Shown here in pieces: positions 19,448 to 32,085 of a stretch of DNA of 64,000 bases (within the stretch, counting starts at the first letter, position 1; the number at the start of each line of letters is the position of its first letter). A model generated the notes under the pieces. That model was not told the origin of the DNA and did not search any database. It saw only the letters and a program-made list of their open reading frames with translations. This DNA is from an uncultured Chloroflexia bacterium (lineage in GTDB: Bacteria > Chloroflexota > Limnocylindria > Limnocylindrales > CSP1-4). The translations under genes were made by a program, and so were the position numbers. The stretch covers positions 128,001 to 192,000 of the forward strand of contig CAVVNQ010000002.1 in NCBI GenBank assembly GCA_963749705.1. Reading direction: 5' to 3'.

Positions 19448-19950
19448 GGGCGATCGGCGTCGCGGCCGTGGAACGGGTCACGCCCCGCGTCGAGGTCGGC
19501 GAGGTGGCCCGAGAGGTGTTCACGCCGCAGGTCTGCCTCGGCGACCATGCCCTCCAGGCGCTCGATCTTTCGCCGGAGCGTGGCGATCTGGCGATCAACC
19601 CGCTCCAGCGCGTCGATCACGATCCGCCGGCGCTCGCCGGCGTTGCGGGACGTCCGGAACTTGACCCGGTTTCGGGTGCGCGCCTGCTCGTCCTCGAGCA
19701 GCTGCCCGATCTCTGCCAGCGAGAACCCCGCGTCGTCGCGCAGGCCGCGGATGAACCGGAGCCGCTCGAGGTCCTCGGCGTCGTACAGGCGGTAGGCGCC
19801 CTCGGACCGCGCGGCGGGCGCGAGCAGGCCCAGCTCCTCGTAGTAGCGGATCGCTCGCGGCGTGAGGCCGGTCTCGGCCGCGACGTCGTGGATTCGAAGC
19901 AGCGCTGCGGCAGGCGCCGCCGACGGGCTGGGGGATGCGGTGTCGGTCAC
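19444..19950 (-). CDS. MerR-family transcriptional regulator
   Basis: I.DVA..TGLT.RAIRYYEE.GLL.P..RSEG.YRLY and a coiled-coil C-terminus. Coupled to the MFS gene by an ATGA overlap. Confidence 0.95.
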   Translation of the reverse strand: MTDTASPSPSAAPAAALLRIHDVAAETGLTPRAIRYYEELGLLAPAARSEGAYRLYDAEDLERLRFIRGLRDDAGFSLAEIGQLLEDEQARTRNRVKFRTSRNAGERRRIVIDALERVDRQIATLRRKIERLEGMVAEADLRREHLSGHLADLDAGRDPFHGRDADRP

Positions 19951-19957
19951 TCCGCCA

Positions 19958-19995
19958 AGTCTATCGCAACCTTGCCGTGCACGTGAACCTTGCCG
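19958..19995 (-). promoter_or_regulatory. Leaderless merR promoter (-10 TAGACT) with an adjacent operator-like dyad/direct repeat
   Basis: Minus-strand TAGACT (19958-63) is 7 nt before the GTG. AACCTTGCCG occurs at 19968 and 19986, around an imperfect dyad centred on GTGCAC. Confidence 0.6.
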
Positions 19996-20147
19996 CCGGG
20001 GCAGGGCCGCCAGGTGACGCCGTCGAACATTTGTGCTACGATTCCGCTCTCACGGCCTTTCGCCGTGATGCGCCGCGTGGTCGACCTCTCTCTTCGAACG
20101 GACCGTGCACCAGCGCCGTTGCGGTTCGGGGAGCACAGGAGGCCCAC

Positions 20148-20351
20148 ATGGCCACCGGTACCATCAAGCGCATCGTCGCCGATCGTGGCTTCGGATTCAT
20201 CGCCGCCGAGGATGAGAAGGAGTACTTCTTCCATCGCGGCGGGCTTGACAGCACGCTCGACTTCGACCGCCTCGTCGGCGGCGAGAAGGTCGAGTTCGAC
20301 GCCGAAGCCAGCCCCAAGGGCCCGCGCGCCAATCGCGTTCGAGCCGCCTGA
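20148..20351 (+). CDS. csp: Cold-shock domain protein
   Basis: RGFGFI (RNP1), YFFH (RNP2), KGPRA. SD AGGAGG. About 100-nt leader after TGcTACGAT (20037-42). Confidence 0.95.
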   Translation: MATGTIKRIVADRGFGFIAAEDEKEYFFHRGGLDSTLDFDRLVGGEKVEFDAEASPKGPRANRVRAA

Positions 20352-20353
20352 TC

Positions 20354-20395
20354 AACGGGGCGCCCGCCACTGCGGCGGGCGCCCCGTTCTCGTTT
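20354..20395 (+). terminator. Intrinsic terminator after csp
   Basis: Perfect 15-bp stem AACGGGGCGCCCGCC/GGCGGGCGCCCCGTT followed by CTCGTTT. Confidence 0.85.
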
Positions 20396-20450
20396 CGACC
20401 GCTGCGCGCACCAGGGCGCGCGAGCCGGCCCCTTCCGGAGAGGAGCGATC

Positions 20451-21614
20451 GTGATCCGGACGGCGTTCGTATCGACCTATCCGCCCCGTCAGGGTGGTGT
20501 CGCCACGTTCACCCAGCACCTGGCGGCCGCCGTCGGTGGGCGTGAGATCGTCGCCATCCATGCCGAGGATCTGCCGGCGCCCTACCCGCTGGAGGTCCAT
20601 CACCGGATCCGTCGCGACGAGCTCGACGACTATCCCCGCACCGCCGAGGCGCTGAGCGTGTGTGCGGATGTCGTCGCCATCCAGCACGAGTTCGGCCTGT
20701 GGGGCGGTGAGCACGGCGAGAGCGTGCTCGATTTCGCGGCCGCGCTCAACGTCCCGGCGATCGCCACGCTCCACAGCGTGCCCGCATCGCCCACCGGTCC
20801 GCAGCACGACGTCCTGGCCGAGCTGGTCCACCGGGTCGCCGCGACGGTCGTCATGTCGCCATCCGCCGCGGCCTTGCTGGTCGAGCACTATGCGGCGGAG
20901 CCACGGCGCATCCACGTGATCCCGCATGGCATCCCGGACCTGCCCCTGCAGGACGCCGAGACGCTCAAGCCCGCGGTCGGCATGGCCGGCCGGGACCTGC
21001 TGCTGAGCTTCGGCCTGCTCGCGCCACGCAAGGGATACGAGCTCGTCCTCGCCGCCCTGCCCGAGATCGTCGCCGCGCGCCCCGAGGCGACCTACGCGAT
21101 CCTGGGCGTCACCCACCCGGATGTCGCGGTGACCGACGGCGAGGCATACCGCGAGTCGCTGGTCGCCGAGGTCAAGCGACGCAAGCTCGGTGGCCACGTC
21201 CAGTTCGTCGAGCGGTTCGTGGGCCGGGTCGAGCTCACCCGCTGGCTCGAGGCATCGGACGTCATCCTCGCGCCCCACACCGATGACGGCCACCGCGCGT
21301 CCGGGACGCTGGCCTACGCGATGGGCGCTGGACGCGCGATCGTGTCCACACCCCACCCCTACGCCCTGGACCAGCTCGCCGACGGCGCGGGCGTGATCGT
21401 GCCGGCCGGCGACCCGTCGGCGCTTGCCGCGGCCGTCATCGAGCTCCTGGGCGACCCGGAGGCGCGCGACACGATCGGCCGGACCGCGCACGATCGCAGC
21501 CGCTCGATGACCTGGTGGAACGTCGCCGCCCAGTACCGCACGCTCCTCGCGCGCGTCCAGGCAAACCCGGTCCGCGGCCGGACCTCCAGCCGATCGATCG
21601 CGCTCCCGACCTGA
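20451..21614 (+). CDS. GT4 (GT-B) glycosyltransferase
   Basis: STYPPR.GGVATFT, IQHEFG, IPHG, FGLL...KGYE, SGTLAYAM..G..IVSTP. Confidence 0.9.
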   Translation: MIRTAFVSTYPPRQGGVATFTQHLAAAVGGREIVAIHAEDLPAPYPLEVHHRIRRDELDDYPRTAEALSVCADVVAIQHEFGLWGGEHGESVLDFAAALNVPAIATLHSVPASPTGPQHDVLAELVHRVAATVVMSPSAAALLVEHYAAEPRRIHVIPHGIPDLPLQDAETLKPAVGMAGRDLLLSFGLLAPRKGYELVLAALPEIVAARPEATYAILGVTHPDVAVTDGEAYRESLVAEVKRRKLGGHVQFVERFVGRVELTRWLEASDVILAPHTDDGHRASGTLAYAMGAGRAIVSTPHPYALDQLADGAGVIVPAGDPSALAAAVIELLGDPEARDTIGRTAHDRSRSMTWWNVAAQYRTLLARVQANPVRGRTSSRSIALPT

Positions 21615-21686
21615 TCGCGGGCGGCGGCCCGCGCGATCGCGAACGCGACCCTCGCCGGCGACGCCGACCGCTCTAGACTTCGAGCG

Positions 21687-22979
21687 ATGCCGACCTTCCG
21701 CGCCCCCCGGGGCACCCGTGACCTGCTGCCCGATGAGCGGATCGTGTTTGACCGCCTCCGTCGCGTCGCCGACGACCTGACCGCGCGATATGGCTATGCC
21801 CCGATCGAGACCCCGCTGTTCGAGCAGGCGGCCGTGTTCGAACGGGGGATCGGCGAGGTCACCGATGTCGTCGAGAAGGAGCTGTTCCGGATCGCGCCGC
21901 GCAGCGACGAGAAGGAGACCTGGGCGCTCCGGCCCGAGCCCACGGCGGGCATCGTCCGCGCCTATGTCCAGCACGGGATGCAGACCCTGCCGCAGCCGGT
22001 GAAGCTGACGACGACCGGGCCGATGTTCCGCTACGACCGCCCCCAGGCCGGCCGCTACCGCCAGTTCTGGCAGTTCGACGTGGAGGCCATCGGAGATCCC
22101 GGGCCTGCGGTCGACGCGGAGGTCATCGAGCTCGCGACACGGTTCTTCACGGAGGCCGGCGTCACCGGGGTCGAGGTCCTGCTCAACTCGATCGGCGATC
22201 CGGCCTGCCGGCCGGCATACCTCGCCGAGCTGACCGCGTACTACCGGGCCCATGCCGCGGCGCTGCCCCGGACCGAGCTCGACCGGCTCGATCGGAACGT
22301 GCTCCGGCTGCTCGATTCCAAGGATCCCGCGATGGCCGAGCTCAACGCCTCGGCGCCGCGGATCACGGACCGGCTGTGCGATGCCTGCGACGCCCACTTC
22401 GGGGTCGTCCGGGCGCACCTCGACGCGGTCGGCGTGAGCTATCGCGTCGAGCCCGGGCTGGTCCGCGGGCTCGACTACTACACCCGCACGGCGTTCGAGC
22501 TGTACGTCACCGGTCGCGAGGGCCAGCAACAGGCGTTGGGCGGCGGCGGCCGCTACGACGGCCTGGTCGAGCTGCTGGGTGGCCGGCCGACGCCGGGGAT
22601 CGGGTTCGGCCTGGGGATCGACCGGGTGGCGCTGGTGCTGGCCGAGCAGGCCGGCGGGGACGCCGCACCGGCGGCCGAGGGACCGGTCGCGGTCGTCGTC
22701 GGGGCCGATCCGGAAGCCACGATCGAGCGGCTGCGGGTCGCAACGGACCTGCGGGCCTCGGGCCTGCGCGCCCGCGCGGAGCTGGGGCACCGCAAGCTCG
22801 GCCGCCAGCTCGAGGCCGCGGTCCGGGATGGGGCGCACTTCGCGGTGATCCTGGGCGACGAGCTTGCCGCCGGCCACGTCCAGGTCCGGGATCTCCTTGC
22901 CGGCACCCAGCGAGCGGTCGCGATCGGCGACCTGGCCCGGGAGCTGGCCCGGGCCGAGGCGAGCCACCGGCACGGCTGA
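21687..22979 (+). CDS. hisS: Histidyl-tRNA synthetase
   Basis: PRGTRD, LRPE, FRYDRPQAGRYRQF.Q, LVRGLDYY, GGGRYDGL. Confidence 0.98.
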   Translation: MPTFRAPRGTRDLLPDERIVFDRLRRVADDLTARYGYAPIETPLFEQAAVFERGIGEVTDVVEKELFRIAPRSDEKETWALRPEPTAGIVRAYVQHGMQTLPQPVKLTTTGPMFRYDRPQAGRYRQFWQFDVEAIGDPGPAVDAEVIELATRFFTEAGVTGVEVLLNSIGDPACRPAYLAELTAYYRAHAAALPRTELDRLDRNVLRLLDSKDPAMAELNASAPRITDRLCDACDAHFGVVRAHLDAVGVSYRVEPGLVRGLDYYTRTAFELYVTGREGQQQALGGGGRYDGLVELLGGRPTPGIGFGLGIDRVALVLAEQAGGDAAPAAEGPVAVVVGADPEATIERLRVATDLRASGLRARAELGHRKLGRQLEAAVRDGAHFAVILGDELAAGHVQVRDLLAGTQRAVAIGDLARELARAEASHRHG

Positions 22980-23004
22980 GACGGCTGATACGAGCCACCG
23001 GCAC
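22960..23004 (+). repeat. Nested direct repeats at the hisS 3' end
   Basis: CGAGCCACCGGCAC at 22960 and 22991; ACGGCTGA at 22972 and 22981. Confidence 0.7.
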
Positions 23005-23100
23005 CTCCCAGGCCCGTCACCGGCCCGCCGGACCACCGCGGGCGCGCGTCCCGTGACATACGATGAGACCCGTCACACCTGCAGTCCGGAGATGCATCCC

Positions 23101-24969
<1,869 letters not shown>

Positions 24970-25004
24970 TCGCAACCTGGTCGCGCGTCCCCCGGGCGCT
25001 CTCG

Positions 25005-25916
25005 ATGGACGACATCGCCTCGCGGCCGAGGCTGGCCGCGGTCCTGGGCGCCCTGGCCATCGCGTTCTCGGGCATCTTCTACCGTTGGTCGGGCGTGTCG
25101 CCCTCGACCGGCGTCCTGTTCCGCTGCCTGTACGGGCTGCCGATCCTGCTGCTGGTCGCGACCGCCGAGTCACGCCGGCTGGGCGGCATGAGCCGTCGCG
25201 CCGTCGGCGTCAGCGCCATCGCGGGCGTGCTGTTCGCGGCCGATCTCCTCTCGTTCCACTACGCGGTCGACCACATCGGGGCGGGGCTGGCCACGGTGAT
25301 GGGCAACCTGCAGGTCGTGATCGTGGCGGTCGCCGCCTGGCTGCTGTGGGGCGAGCGGCCGAGGCGCGAGGTCCTCGTCGCGCTGCCGATCATGCTGGTG
25401 GGCGTGGTCCTGATCTCGGGGATCGTCGGCTCCGGAGCCTATGGTGTGGACCCGGGCGTGGGTGTCCTGATCGGGCTGGTCACGGCCGTGTCGTACGCCG
25501 GGTACCTGCTGGTGATCCGGCGGGCGAGCCCCGACCATCGTCCCGCTGGCCCGGTCGCGATCGCGACCGCGGTCACGGCGATCATCGCGGTCGGGTTCGG
25601 CAGTCTCGCGGGCGACCTGGATGTCGTGCCGTCGCTGCCGGCGCACGCCTACCTCCTCGCGCTCGGCGTCCTGTCGCAGTCGATCGGGTACCTCGTGATC
25701 CAGGCGTCGCTGCCCAGGCTGCCATCGGTGATCACGTCGGTCCTGCTCCTGGTCCAGCCCGTCGCGACGGTGGTCCTGGGCGCCATCCTGCTGGCGGAGC
25801 TCCCGTCCCTCGCGCAGCTGGGCGGGATCGTGCTGGTGATCGGCGGCATCGCGCTTGCCTCGGGCTCGCTGCGCCGGGTCCGAACGGCCCTGATGGTCCG
25901 CGGCGCGACAGGGTAG
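25005..25916 (+). CDS. EamA/DMT-family transporter
   Basis: About 10 TM segments in two repeats, 'LLLVQPV', 'GE.P'. Confidence 0.9.
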   Translation: MDDIASRPRLAAVLGALAIAFSGIFYRWSGVSPSTGVLFRCLYGLPILLLVATAESRRLGGMSRRAVGVSAIAGVLFAADLLSFHYAVDHIGAGLATVMGNLQVVIVAVAAWLLWGERPRREVLVALPIMLVGVVLISGIVGSGAYGVDPGVGVLIGLVTAVSYAGYLLVIRRASPDHRPAGPVAIATAVTAIIAVGFGSLAGDLDVVPSLPAHAYLLALGVLSQSIGYLVIQASLPRLPSVITSVLLLVQPVATVVLGAILLAELPSLAQLGGIVLVIGGIALASGSLRRVRTALMVRGATG

Positions 25917-25952
25917 GCTCCGCGCAGGATGTCGTGACCGACGGTTGGCGGC

Positions 25953-26504
25953 ATGGAGGTGGGTCTGGTGACGGAGGCTGGGAACATCGCCGAGCGTGGC
26001 CCGCAGGCGAGCGAATCATGGTCCCGGTTCGATCGCTGGGCGAGCAACCTGTTCCTGGTCCTCGCGCTCATCGGGGTTGTCTCCGCCTTGATCATCCTCG
26101 GTGCCGTGGCGTCGTCCAACCTGCCGGCGTGGCTCGTCGTCTCGTCGTTCGCGATCGGGATCGGGCACACGGGGTTGCTCTACGGGACGTCGATCGCGAT
26201 CGACCGTGGCCGCCCCTGGGCCCGGGAGACGTCCATCTACCTCCTGTACGTGGTGGTCCTGATCGACGCGGTCCAGGCGAGCCTGGAGCTCCTCCAGGGC
26301 TCGCTATGGATCCCGCTGGGAGCGATCCTGGCGATCGCGGTGCTCCGCCAGCGGCCCGGAGCGCTGGCGGCCGCTTCGGCGCGGGATCGGCAGATCGCCC
26401 TGGCGCTCGGTGGGTTGTTCCTCGCCCTGAGCCTGCCCGGACTCGCGCCGTTCTCGATCTCGCTGAATGCTCCACCGGTCGGGATGCTGCTGGGTTGGGG
26501 GTGA
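25953..26504 (+). CDS. Hypothetical membrane protein (about 5 TM; start may be GTG 25968)
   Basis: Hydrophobic segments, 'RPWAR' loop, coding-like codon usage. Confidence 0.7.
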   Translation: MEVGLVTEAGNIAERGPQASESWSRFDRWASNLFLVLALIGVVSALIILGAVASSNLPAWLVVSSFAIGIGHTGLLYGTSIAIDRGRPWARETSIYLLYVVVLIDAVQASLELLQGSLWIPLGAILAIAVLRQRPGALAAASARDRQIALALGGLFLALSLPGLAPFSISLNAPPVGMLLGWG

Positions 26505-26559
26505 CCGTGGCCGACCGCGGGCACGTGGGCCGGCCGGATCCGGCGGAAGGATCGGGCGG

Positions 26560-27237
26560 CTAGAGCCGGGGTGCACCCTCGACCGGCGCGTCGTCCGGTG
26601 AATCGGCCGCGGCCGCGCCCCACTCGTGGGCATGGGCGTCGGCAGGCTCGGGCGGGCCGTCGTAGGGCGGCAGGTCCGCATGCGCCGTCGAGACGTCCAG
26701 GCTGACCCCCGGGTCACCCGTCTCGACCAACCGCAGCGGGATGCCGACGGCCGCGAGGTCCTCGATGAGGTCGCCCGGCATCCGATCTGCCGCGAGCCCG
26801 CGCAGGACCTCCAGGTGCGCGACGGGGATCAGCACCGGCCAGCCGGGGTCGCCGCGCCAGGACGGGCGGATGACGACGTCGCGGTCCGCCCCGTGCGCGG
26901 CGATCAGGGTGGTGACGGTCTCGGCGTCGACCCAGGCCATCCGGGCCGGCCAGACCATCGCCGCGTCGGTCTCGGCGACGAGCCGGAGGGTGGCGTCGAT
27001 GCCGTTGGCGATCTGGCCCACGGGACCATGCTCGGGCGCCACGGGCTCGACCAGGGTCACCTCCGCGTTGGCCAGCGCCTGACCGACGGTGTCATCGGGG
27101 TCGAAGGAGCACACGACGACCGGCGTGGCCCCGCCCGACCACGCGACGTCGGCAAGGCGTCGGACGGCCGGCGTCCCGTCGGCGTCGGCGAGCGCCGACT
27201 CGGGCGAGGCGGCGAGGATCACGGCGGCAACGGTCAT
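26560..27237 (-). CDS. MocA/MobA-like NTP-transferase-fold protein with a degenerate nucleotide loop
   Basis: AAVILAA start, G.PG.PVLI, D.G...DV end. SD AGGAG and an upstream TACACT. Confidence 0.7.
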   Translation of the reverse strand: MTVAAVILAASPESALADADGTPAVRRLADVAWSGGATPVVVCSFDPDDTVGQALANAEVTLVEPVAPEHGPVGQIANGIDATLRLVAETDAAMVWPARMAWVDAETVTTLIAAHGADRDVVIRPSWRGDPGWPVLIPVAHLEVLRGLAADRMPGDLIEDLAAVGIPLRLVETGDPGVSLDVSTAHADLPPYDGPPEPADAHAHEWGAAAADSPDDAPVEGAPRL

Positions 27238-27374
27238 GGGATCTCCTGGTGCACGCCGCGGAGTGTAAACGCCCGATGGCGCGCCGATGGCCGCGGATCG
27301 CGACGGTCGCCGGCACGGCCGCAGGACCGGGGAATCGCCCGCCGCGCCGGCATGTGCGACACTCAGGCTCGCCC

Positions 27375-29315
27375 ATGAACCAAACCCCCGGCGCCGCCAT
27401 GCCCTCGACGTTCACCCACAGCGCCGCATCCGCGCGCGTCCGAGAGGACCTGCGCAACGTCGCCATCGTGGCCCACGTCGACCACGGCAAGACGACCCTG
27501 GTCGACGCGATGCTCCGTCAGACGGGGGTGTTCCGCGACAACCAGGCGGTCGTCGATCGCGTGATGGACTCGATGGACCTCGAGCGTGAGAAGGGCATCA
27601 CGATCCTGGCCAAGCAGACGAGCATCGAGGTCGGCGGCGTCCGGCTCAACATCGTGGACACGCCCGGCCACGCGGACTTCGGCGGCGAGGTCGAGCGCAG
27701 CCTGCTGATGGTGGACGCGATCCTGCTCCTGGTCGATGCCTCCGAGGGCCCGCTGCCGCAGACCCGCTACGTGCTCCAGAAGGCGATGGCGCGCCGGCTG
27801 CCGGTGGTCGTCGCGCTCAACAAGATCGATCGCAGCGACGCCCGGCCGGCGGAGGTCCTGGACGACGTCTACGAGCTGTTCATGGACCTCGGGGCGGACG
27901 AGCACCAGATCGAGTTCCCGGTGGTCTACACGAACGCCAAGCGCGGCACGGCGACCCTCGACGTCGACGTCCCGGGCACGGACCTGCGGCCGCTGCTCGA
28001 CCTGCTGGTCGAGGTCACGCCGGCGCCGGTGTTCGAGCCCGGGCACCCCCTGCAGCTGCTGGTGACCAACCTGTCCGCCAACGACTACGTGGGTCGGATG
28101 GCCGTGGGCCGGATCCGCAACGGGACGATCCGGGTCGGCCAGCGGATCGCCGTGCTTCGCGAGGAGGCGGACGACACCTCCGGCGCCATCGAGCCCGGTC
28201 GCACGGTGACGCTGTCGGGGACCGTGACCAGCCTCCAGACCGCGAGCGGCGTGGAGCGCGTGGACATCCCCGAGGCCGGCCCGGGCGAGATCGTCTCGGT
28301 CGCGGGCCTGCCCGAGGTCACGATCGGCGACACGATCACGGATCCCGGCGATCCACGGCCGCTGCCGCGCCTCGATGTGGACGCGCCGACGCTGCGGATG
28401 ACGTTCGGCGTCAACACCTCGCCGCTCGGCGGCCGCGACGGCAAGTTCGTCACGTCGCGCCAGATCAAGGCCCGGCTCGAGCGCGAGGTCCTGGGCAACG
28501 TCTCGATCGAGGTCTACCCGACCGACTCCGGCGACACGTTCGAGGTCCGCGGCCGTGGCGAGCTCCAGCTCGCCGTGCTGATCGAGCAGATGCGCCGCGA
28601 GGGCTACGAGCTCACCGTCAGCCGGCCCGAGGTCATCCTGCGCACCGTCAACGGCGAGGTCCAGGAGCCGTACGAGCGGATCACGATCGACATCCCCCCC
28701 GACTACATCGGCGAGGTCCAGCAGGCGCTGGCGGGGCGCAAGGGTCGGCTCGAGCAGATGACCACGGACGCCGACGGACGGGTGCGGCTGGAGTTCGTGC
28801 TCCCGGTCCGCGGACTGATCGGGTACCGCGGCCAGCTGCTCACCGACACGCGCGGGACCGCGCTGCTCCACCAGATCGGCGAGGGCTACGGCCCGTGGGC
28901 GGGCGACGTGACCCACCGCACCAACGGGGTCCTGGTGAGCGACCGGACCGGGGTCTCGAATGCCTACGGGCTGTTCAACCTCCAGGAGCGCTCGGAGCTG
29001 CTGATCGGGGCCGGCGAGGACGTGTACGAGGGGATGATCGTCGGGGAGAACGCGCGGTCGGGTGACATGGACGTCAACGCGACCAAGGAGAAGAAGCTGA
29101 CCAACATCCGGACGCATGCCCACGACGAGGCGCTGCGGCTGACCCCGCCGCGCCCACTGACCCTCGAGAGCGCGATCGAGTTCATCGGGACCGACGAGCT
29201 GGTCGAGGTCACCCCGTCGGCGATCCGGCTGCGCAAGCGCCTGCTGGCCAGGCAGGATCGCGAGCGGGAGCGCGGCCGGGCGTACGAGCAGGCACGGGCA
29301 GGCGCGAGAGGCTAG
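27375..29315 (+). CDS. typA: Translational GTPase TypA/BipA (start 27375 or 27399)
   Basis: [52 protein letters not shown]. Confidence 0.98.
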   Translation: MNQTPGAAMPSTFTHSAASARVREDLRNVAIVAHVDHGKTTLVDAMLRQTGVFRDNQAVVDRVMDSMDLEREKGITILAKQTSIEVGGVRLNIVDTPGHADFGGEVERSLLMVDAILLLVDASEGPLPQTRYVLQKAMARRLPVVVALNKIDRSDARPAEVLDDVYELFMDLGADEHQIEFPVVYTNAKRGTATLDVDVPGTDLRPLLDLLVEVTPAPVFEPGHPLQLLVTNLSANDYVGRMAVGRIRNGTIRVGQRIAVLREEADDTSGAIEPGRTVTLSGTVTSLQTASGVERVDIPEAGPGEIVSVAGLPEVTIGDTITDPGDPRPLPRLDVDAPTLRMTFGVNTSPLGGRDGKFVTSRQIKARLEREVLGNVSIEVYPTDSGDTFEVRGRGELQLAVLIEQMRREGYELTVSRPEVILRTVNGEVQEPYERITIDIPPDYIGEVQQALAGRKGRLEQMTTDADGRVRLEFVLPVRGLIGYRGQLLTDTRGTALLHQIGEGYGPWAGDVTHRTNGVLVSDRTGVSNAYGLFNLQERSELLIGAGEDVYEGMIVGENARSGDMDVNATKEKKLTNIRTHAHDEALRLTPPRPLTLESAIEFIGTDELVEVTPSAIRLRKRLLARQDRERERGRAYEQARAGARG

Positions 29316-29398
29316 TCAGGCTGGTCTCACCACGGACCGGCGCCGCGACGGCCGTGCCGGGGGAGCCCCGCGGGACCCCGACGTACAATCCCGGGACC

Positions 29399-30610
29399 AT
29401 GGCGATCTACCTCGACCACGCCGCCACGACGCCGCTGCGACCCGAGGTGCTCGCGGCGATGACGCCGTACCTCGACGGCGTGTTCGGCAACCCGTCCTCG
29501 GCGCACGTGTTCGGCCGCGCCGCGCGCGAGGCGCTCGACGACGCACACGCGCGGCTCGCGCGGGCGATCGGCGGTGACCTCCGCGAGGTCGTGTTCACCA
29601 GCGGCGGCAGCGAGGCCAACAACCTGGCGCTCAAGGGCGCCGCCTGGGCCGGGCGCGCCAGGGGCCACCGGATCGTCACCACGCCGATCGAGCACCACGC
29701 CGTCGGTCACTCGCTGTCACACCTCGAGAAGTTCGGGTTCGAGGTCCACGAGGTGCCGGTGGACCGGTACGGCCGCGTGGACCCGGCGGACATCGAGCGC
29801 GCGATCACCGATCGCACGATCCTGGTCTCGGTCATGCTCGGCAACAACGAGGTGGGCACGATCCAGCCGATCGCGGACATCGCCGCGATCGTGCGGGCGC
29901 ACCGCGGGATCCTGTTCCACGTGGACGCCGTCCAGGCGGCGCCGTGGCTGGACCTCGACGTGTCGACGCTGGGCGCCGATCTGGTGGCGCTCGCTGCGCA
30001 CAAGGTCGAGGGGCCCAAGGGGACGGGGGCGCTGTGGATCCGCAAGGGCACCCACATCCTCGCCCAGCAGCACGGCGGCACGCAGGAGCGCCACCGGCGC
30101 GCCGGCACCGAGAACGTGGCCGGCGCGGTGGGCATGGCCACGGCCTTCGAGCTGCGCGCGGCCGAGCGGGCGCCGCTGGCGGCCCGCGTGCGCGAGCAGC
30201 GGGAGCGGCTCCAGGCCGCGATGCTCGCGGTCGACGGCGTCGAGCTCACGGGTCACCCGGTCGACCGCCTGCCCCACATCCTGTCCGTCATCGCGCACGG
30301 CACCGACGGCGGCTCGGTGGCCCAGGCATTGGACCTCGCCGGGATCGCCGTGTCCACCGGATCCGCGTGCACGACCGGCTCGACCGAGGTCAGCCACGTC
30401 CTGTCCGCGATGGCGTACCCGGACGAGGAGGCTCGTGGGTCGCTGCGGGTGTCGCTCGGCCGGACGACCACCGACGCCGACATCGACGAGGCGATCCGGA
30501 TCGTGCCCGGCGAGCTGCGGCGGATGATGACGGTCGGCACGGCCACCCGGCAGCCGGAGGGGTCCGTGCCCGTCCCGGTCGGACCGGGACCGGTGGTGAC
30601 CGCCACGTGA
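29399..30610 (+). CDS. iscS: Cysteine desulfurase (IscS/NifS type)
   Basis: [43 protein letters not shown]. Coupled to mnmA. Confidence 0.95.
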   Translation: MAIYLDHAATTPLRPEVLAAMTPYLDGVFGNPSSAHVFGRAAREALDDAHARLARAIGGDLREVVFTSGGSEANNLALKGAAWAGRARGHRIVTTPIEHHAVGHSLSHLEKFGFEVHEVPVDRYGRVDPADIERAITDRTILVSVMLGNNEVGTIQPIADIAAIVRAHRGILFHVDAVQAAPWLDLDVSTLGADLVALAAHKVEGPKGTGALWIRKGTHILAQQHGGTQERHRRAGTENVAGAVGMATAFELRAAERAPLAARVREQRERLQAAMLAVDGVELTGHPVDRLPHILSVIAHGTDGGSVAQALDLAGIAVSTGSACTTGSTEVSHVLSAMAYPDEEARGSLRVSLGRTTTDADIDEAIRIVPGELRRMMTVGTATRQPEGSVPVPVGPGPVVTAT

Positions 30611-31806
30611 GCCGGATCCTGGTCGCGATGTCAGGCGGCGTCAATTCATCGGTCGCCGCGGCGATCCTCCACCAGCAGGGGCACGAGGTGGTCGGCGTGT
30701 GGATGCGGCTCCACGAGGTCGCCGACAGCTACTCCGAGTTCCGCAAGAGCTGCTGCTCCGCCGACGCCGCCGACGATGCCCGCCGGGTGGCCGCGCGGCT
30801 CGGGATCCCGTTCTACGTGATGAACCTCGAGCGCGAGTTCGCGGCGGGCGTGATCGAGCCGTTCATCGCGGCCTATCTCGGCGGCCGGACGCCCAGCCCG
30901 TGCGTCGACTGCAACAGCTACGTCAAGTTCGGGGCGTTGCTGGGCAAGGCGCGGCACCTGTACCAGTGCGAGGCCGTGGCGACCGGGCACTACGCGCGGC
31001 GGGTGGTGGTCGACACGCCCGACGGACCGCGGGCGACGCTCGCCCGGGCGGCCGACGCGGACAAGGACCAGACGTACTTCCTGTACGGGCTCAGGCAGGA
31101 CCAGCTGTGGCACAGCCGGTTCCCGCTGGGCGACCTGACCAAGCCCGAGGTTCGGGACATCGCGAGGTCGCTGGACCTGGTCACCGCGGACAAGCCCGAG
31201 AGCCAGGAGATCTGCTTCGTCCCGGGTGGCGACTACCGCGACGAGCTGCGGACGCGCGGCGGCTGGACGCCCGAGCCCGGGCCCGTGTACGACGCCGACG
31301 GGAGACGAGTGGGGGAGCACGACGGGTCCGCCGGCTACACCGTGGGCCAGCGGAAGGGCATCGGCGTCGCGCTGGGTGAGCCGCGCTACGTGTCGCGGAT
31401 CGACCCCGCCACCAATGCCATCGTGCTCGGCCGCCGGGAAGACCTCGAGACGCGCGAGATCCCGCTGGAGGGGGGCACCTTCGTCGCCGGCGAGCCGCCA
31501 GCTGGACGGGGACCCGACGGCGCCCGGCGGTCGTTCCGTGCCCTTGTCCGGATCCGTCACCGGGCGCCGCTGATCGAGGCGGAGGTCCACCCGGCGTCCG
31601 CCGACGAGCCCGCACGGGGCGGCCGCTGGATCGTGCGGACGGAGCGTCCGGTGTGGGCGATCGCGCCGGGCCAGGCATGCGTGCTCTATGACGGGCACAC
31701 GTGCCTCGGTGGTGGGCGCATCGCGTCAGCGGCGGCAGCCGGCGCGCCGGACGCCCGACCCGGCACCGAGGCCGGCGCGCCATCGCTCGTGTCCGGGCCG
31801 GCATGA
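30607..31806 (+). CDS. mnmA: tRNA 2-thiouridylase MnmA (PP-loop reads SGGVNS)
   Basis: AMSGGV(N)[43 protein letters not shown]. Confidence 0.95.
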   Translation: MSRILVAMSGGVNSSVAAAILHQQGHEVVGVWMRLHEVADSYSEFRKSCCSADAADDARRVAARLGIPFYVMNLEREFAAGVIEPFIAAYLGGRTPSPCVDCNSYVKFGALLGKARHLYQCEAVATGHYARRVVVDTPDGPRATLARAADADKDQTYFLYGLRQDQLWHSRFPLGDLTKPEVRDIARSLDLVTADKPESQEICFVPGGDYRDELRTRGGWTPEPGPVYDADGRRVGEHDGSAGYTVGQRKGIGVALGEPRYVSRIDPATNAIVLGRREDLETREIPLEGGTFVAGEPPAGRGPDGARRSFRALVRIRHRAPLIEAEVHPASADEPARGGRWIVRTERPVWAIAPGQACVLYDGHTCLGGGRIASAAAAGAPDARPGTEAGAPSLVSGPA

Positions 31807-32084
31807 TCATTCCGACCGCGCTGCCGCTGGCGCTGCTGGTCGGCCTGTTCCACACCGCGCTGTACGTCCTCATCCGGGGTGACGCGGGCAGTCGCCTGCC
31901 GCTCACCTACCTGGCCGCCGTGCTGGGTGCCTGGGCGGGCGCGGCGATCGGCGGCCGGATCGGGCTCGACATCCTCGCGATCGGCGACTTCCAGCTGATC
32001 CCGGCCTCGATCATGGCCTGGCTCGGGATCGGGTTCATCGCCATCGTCGCCACGCTCGGCCCGCAGTCACAGAAGGTGCCCTGA
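31803..32084 (+). CDS. Small 3-TM membrane protein (GlsB/YeaQ-like)
   Basis: Hydrophobic 93-aa protein with 'LGAWAG...G'. ATGA overlap with mnmA. Confidence 0.7.
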   Translation: MIIPTALPLALLVGLFHTALYVLIRGDAGSRLPLTYLAAVLGAWAGAAIGGRIGLDILAIGDFQLIPASIMAWLGIGFIAIVATLGPQSQKVP

Positions 32085-32085
32085 C

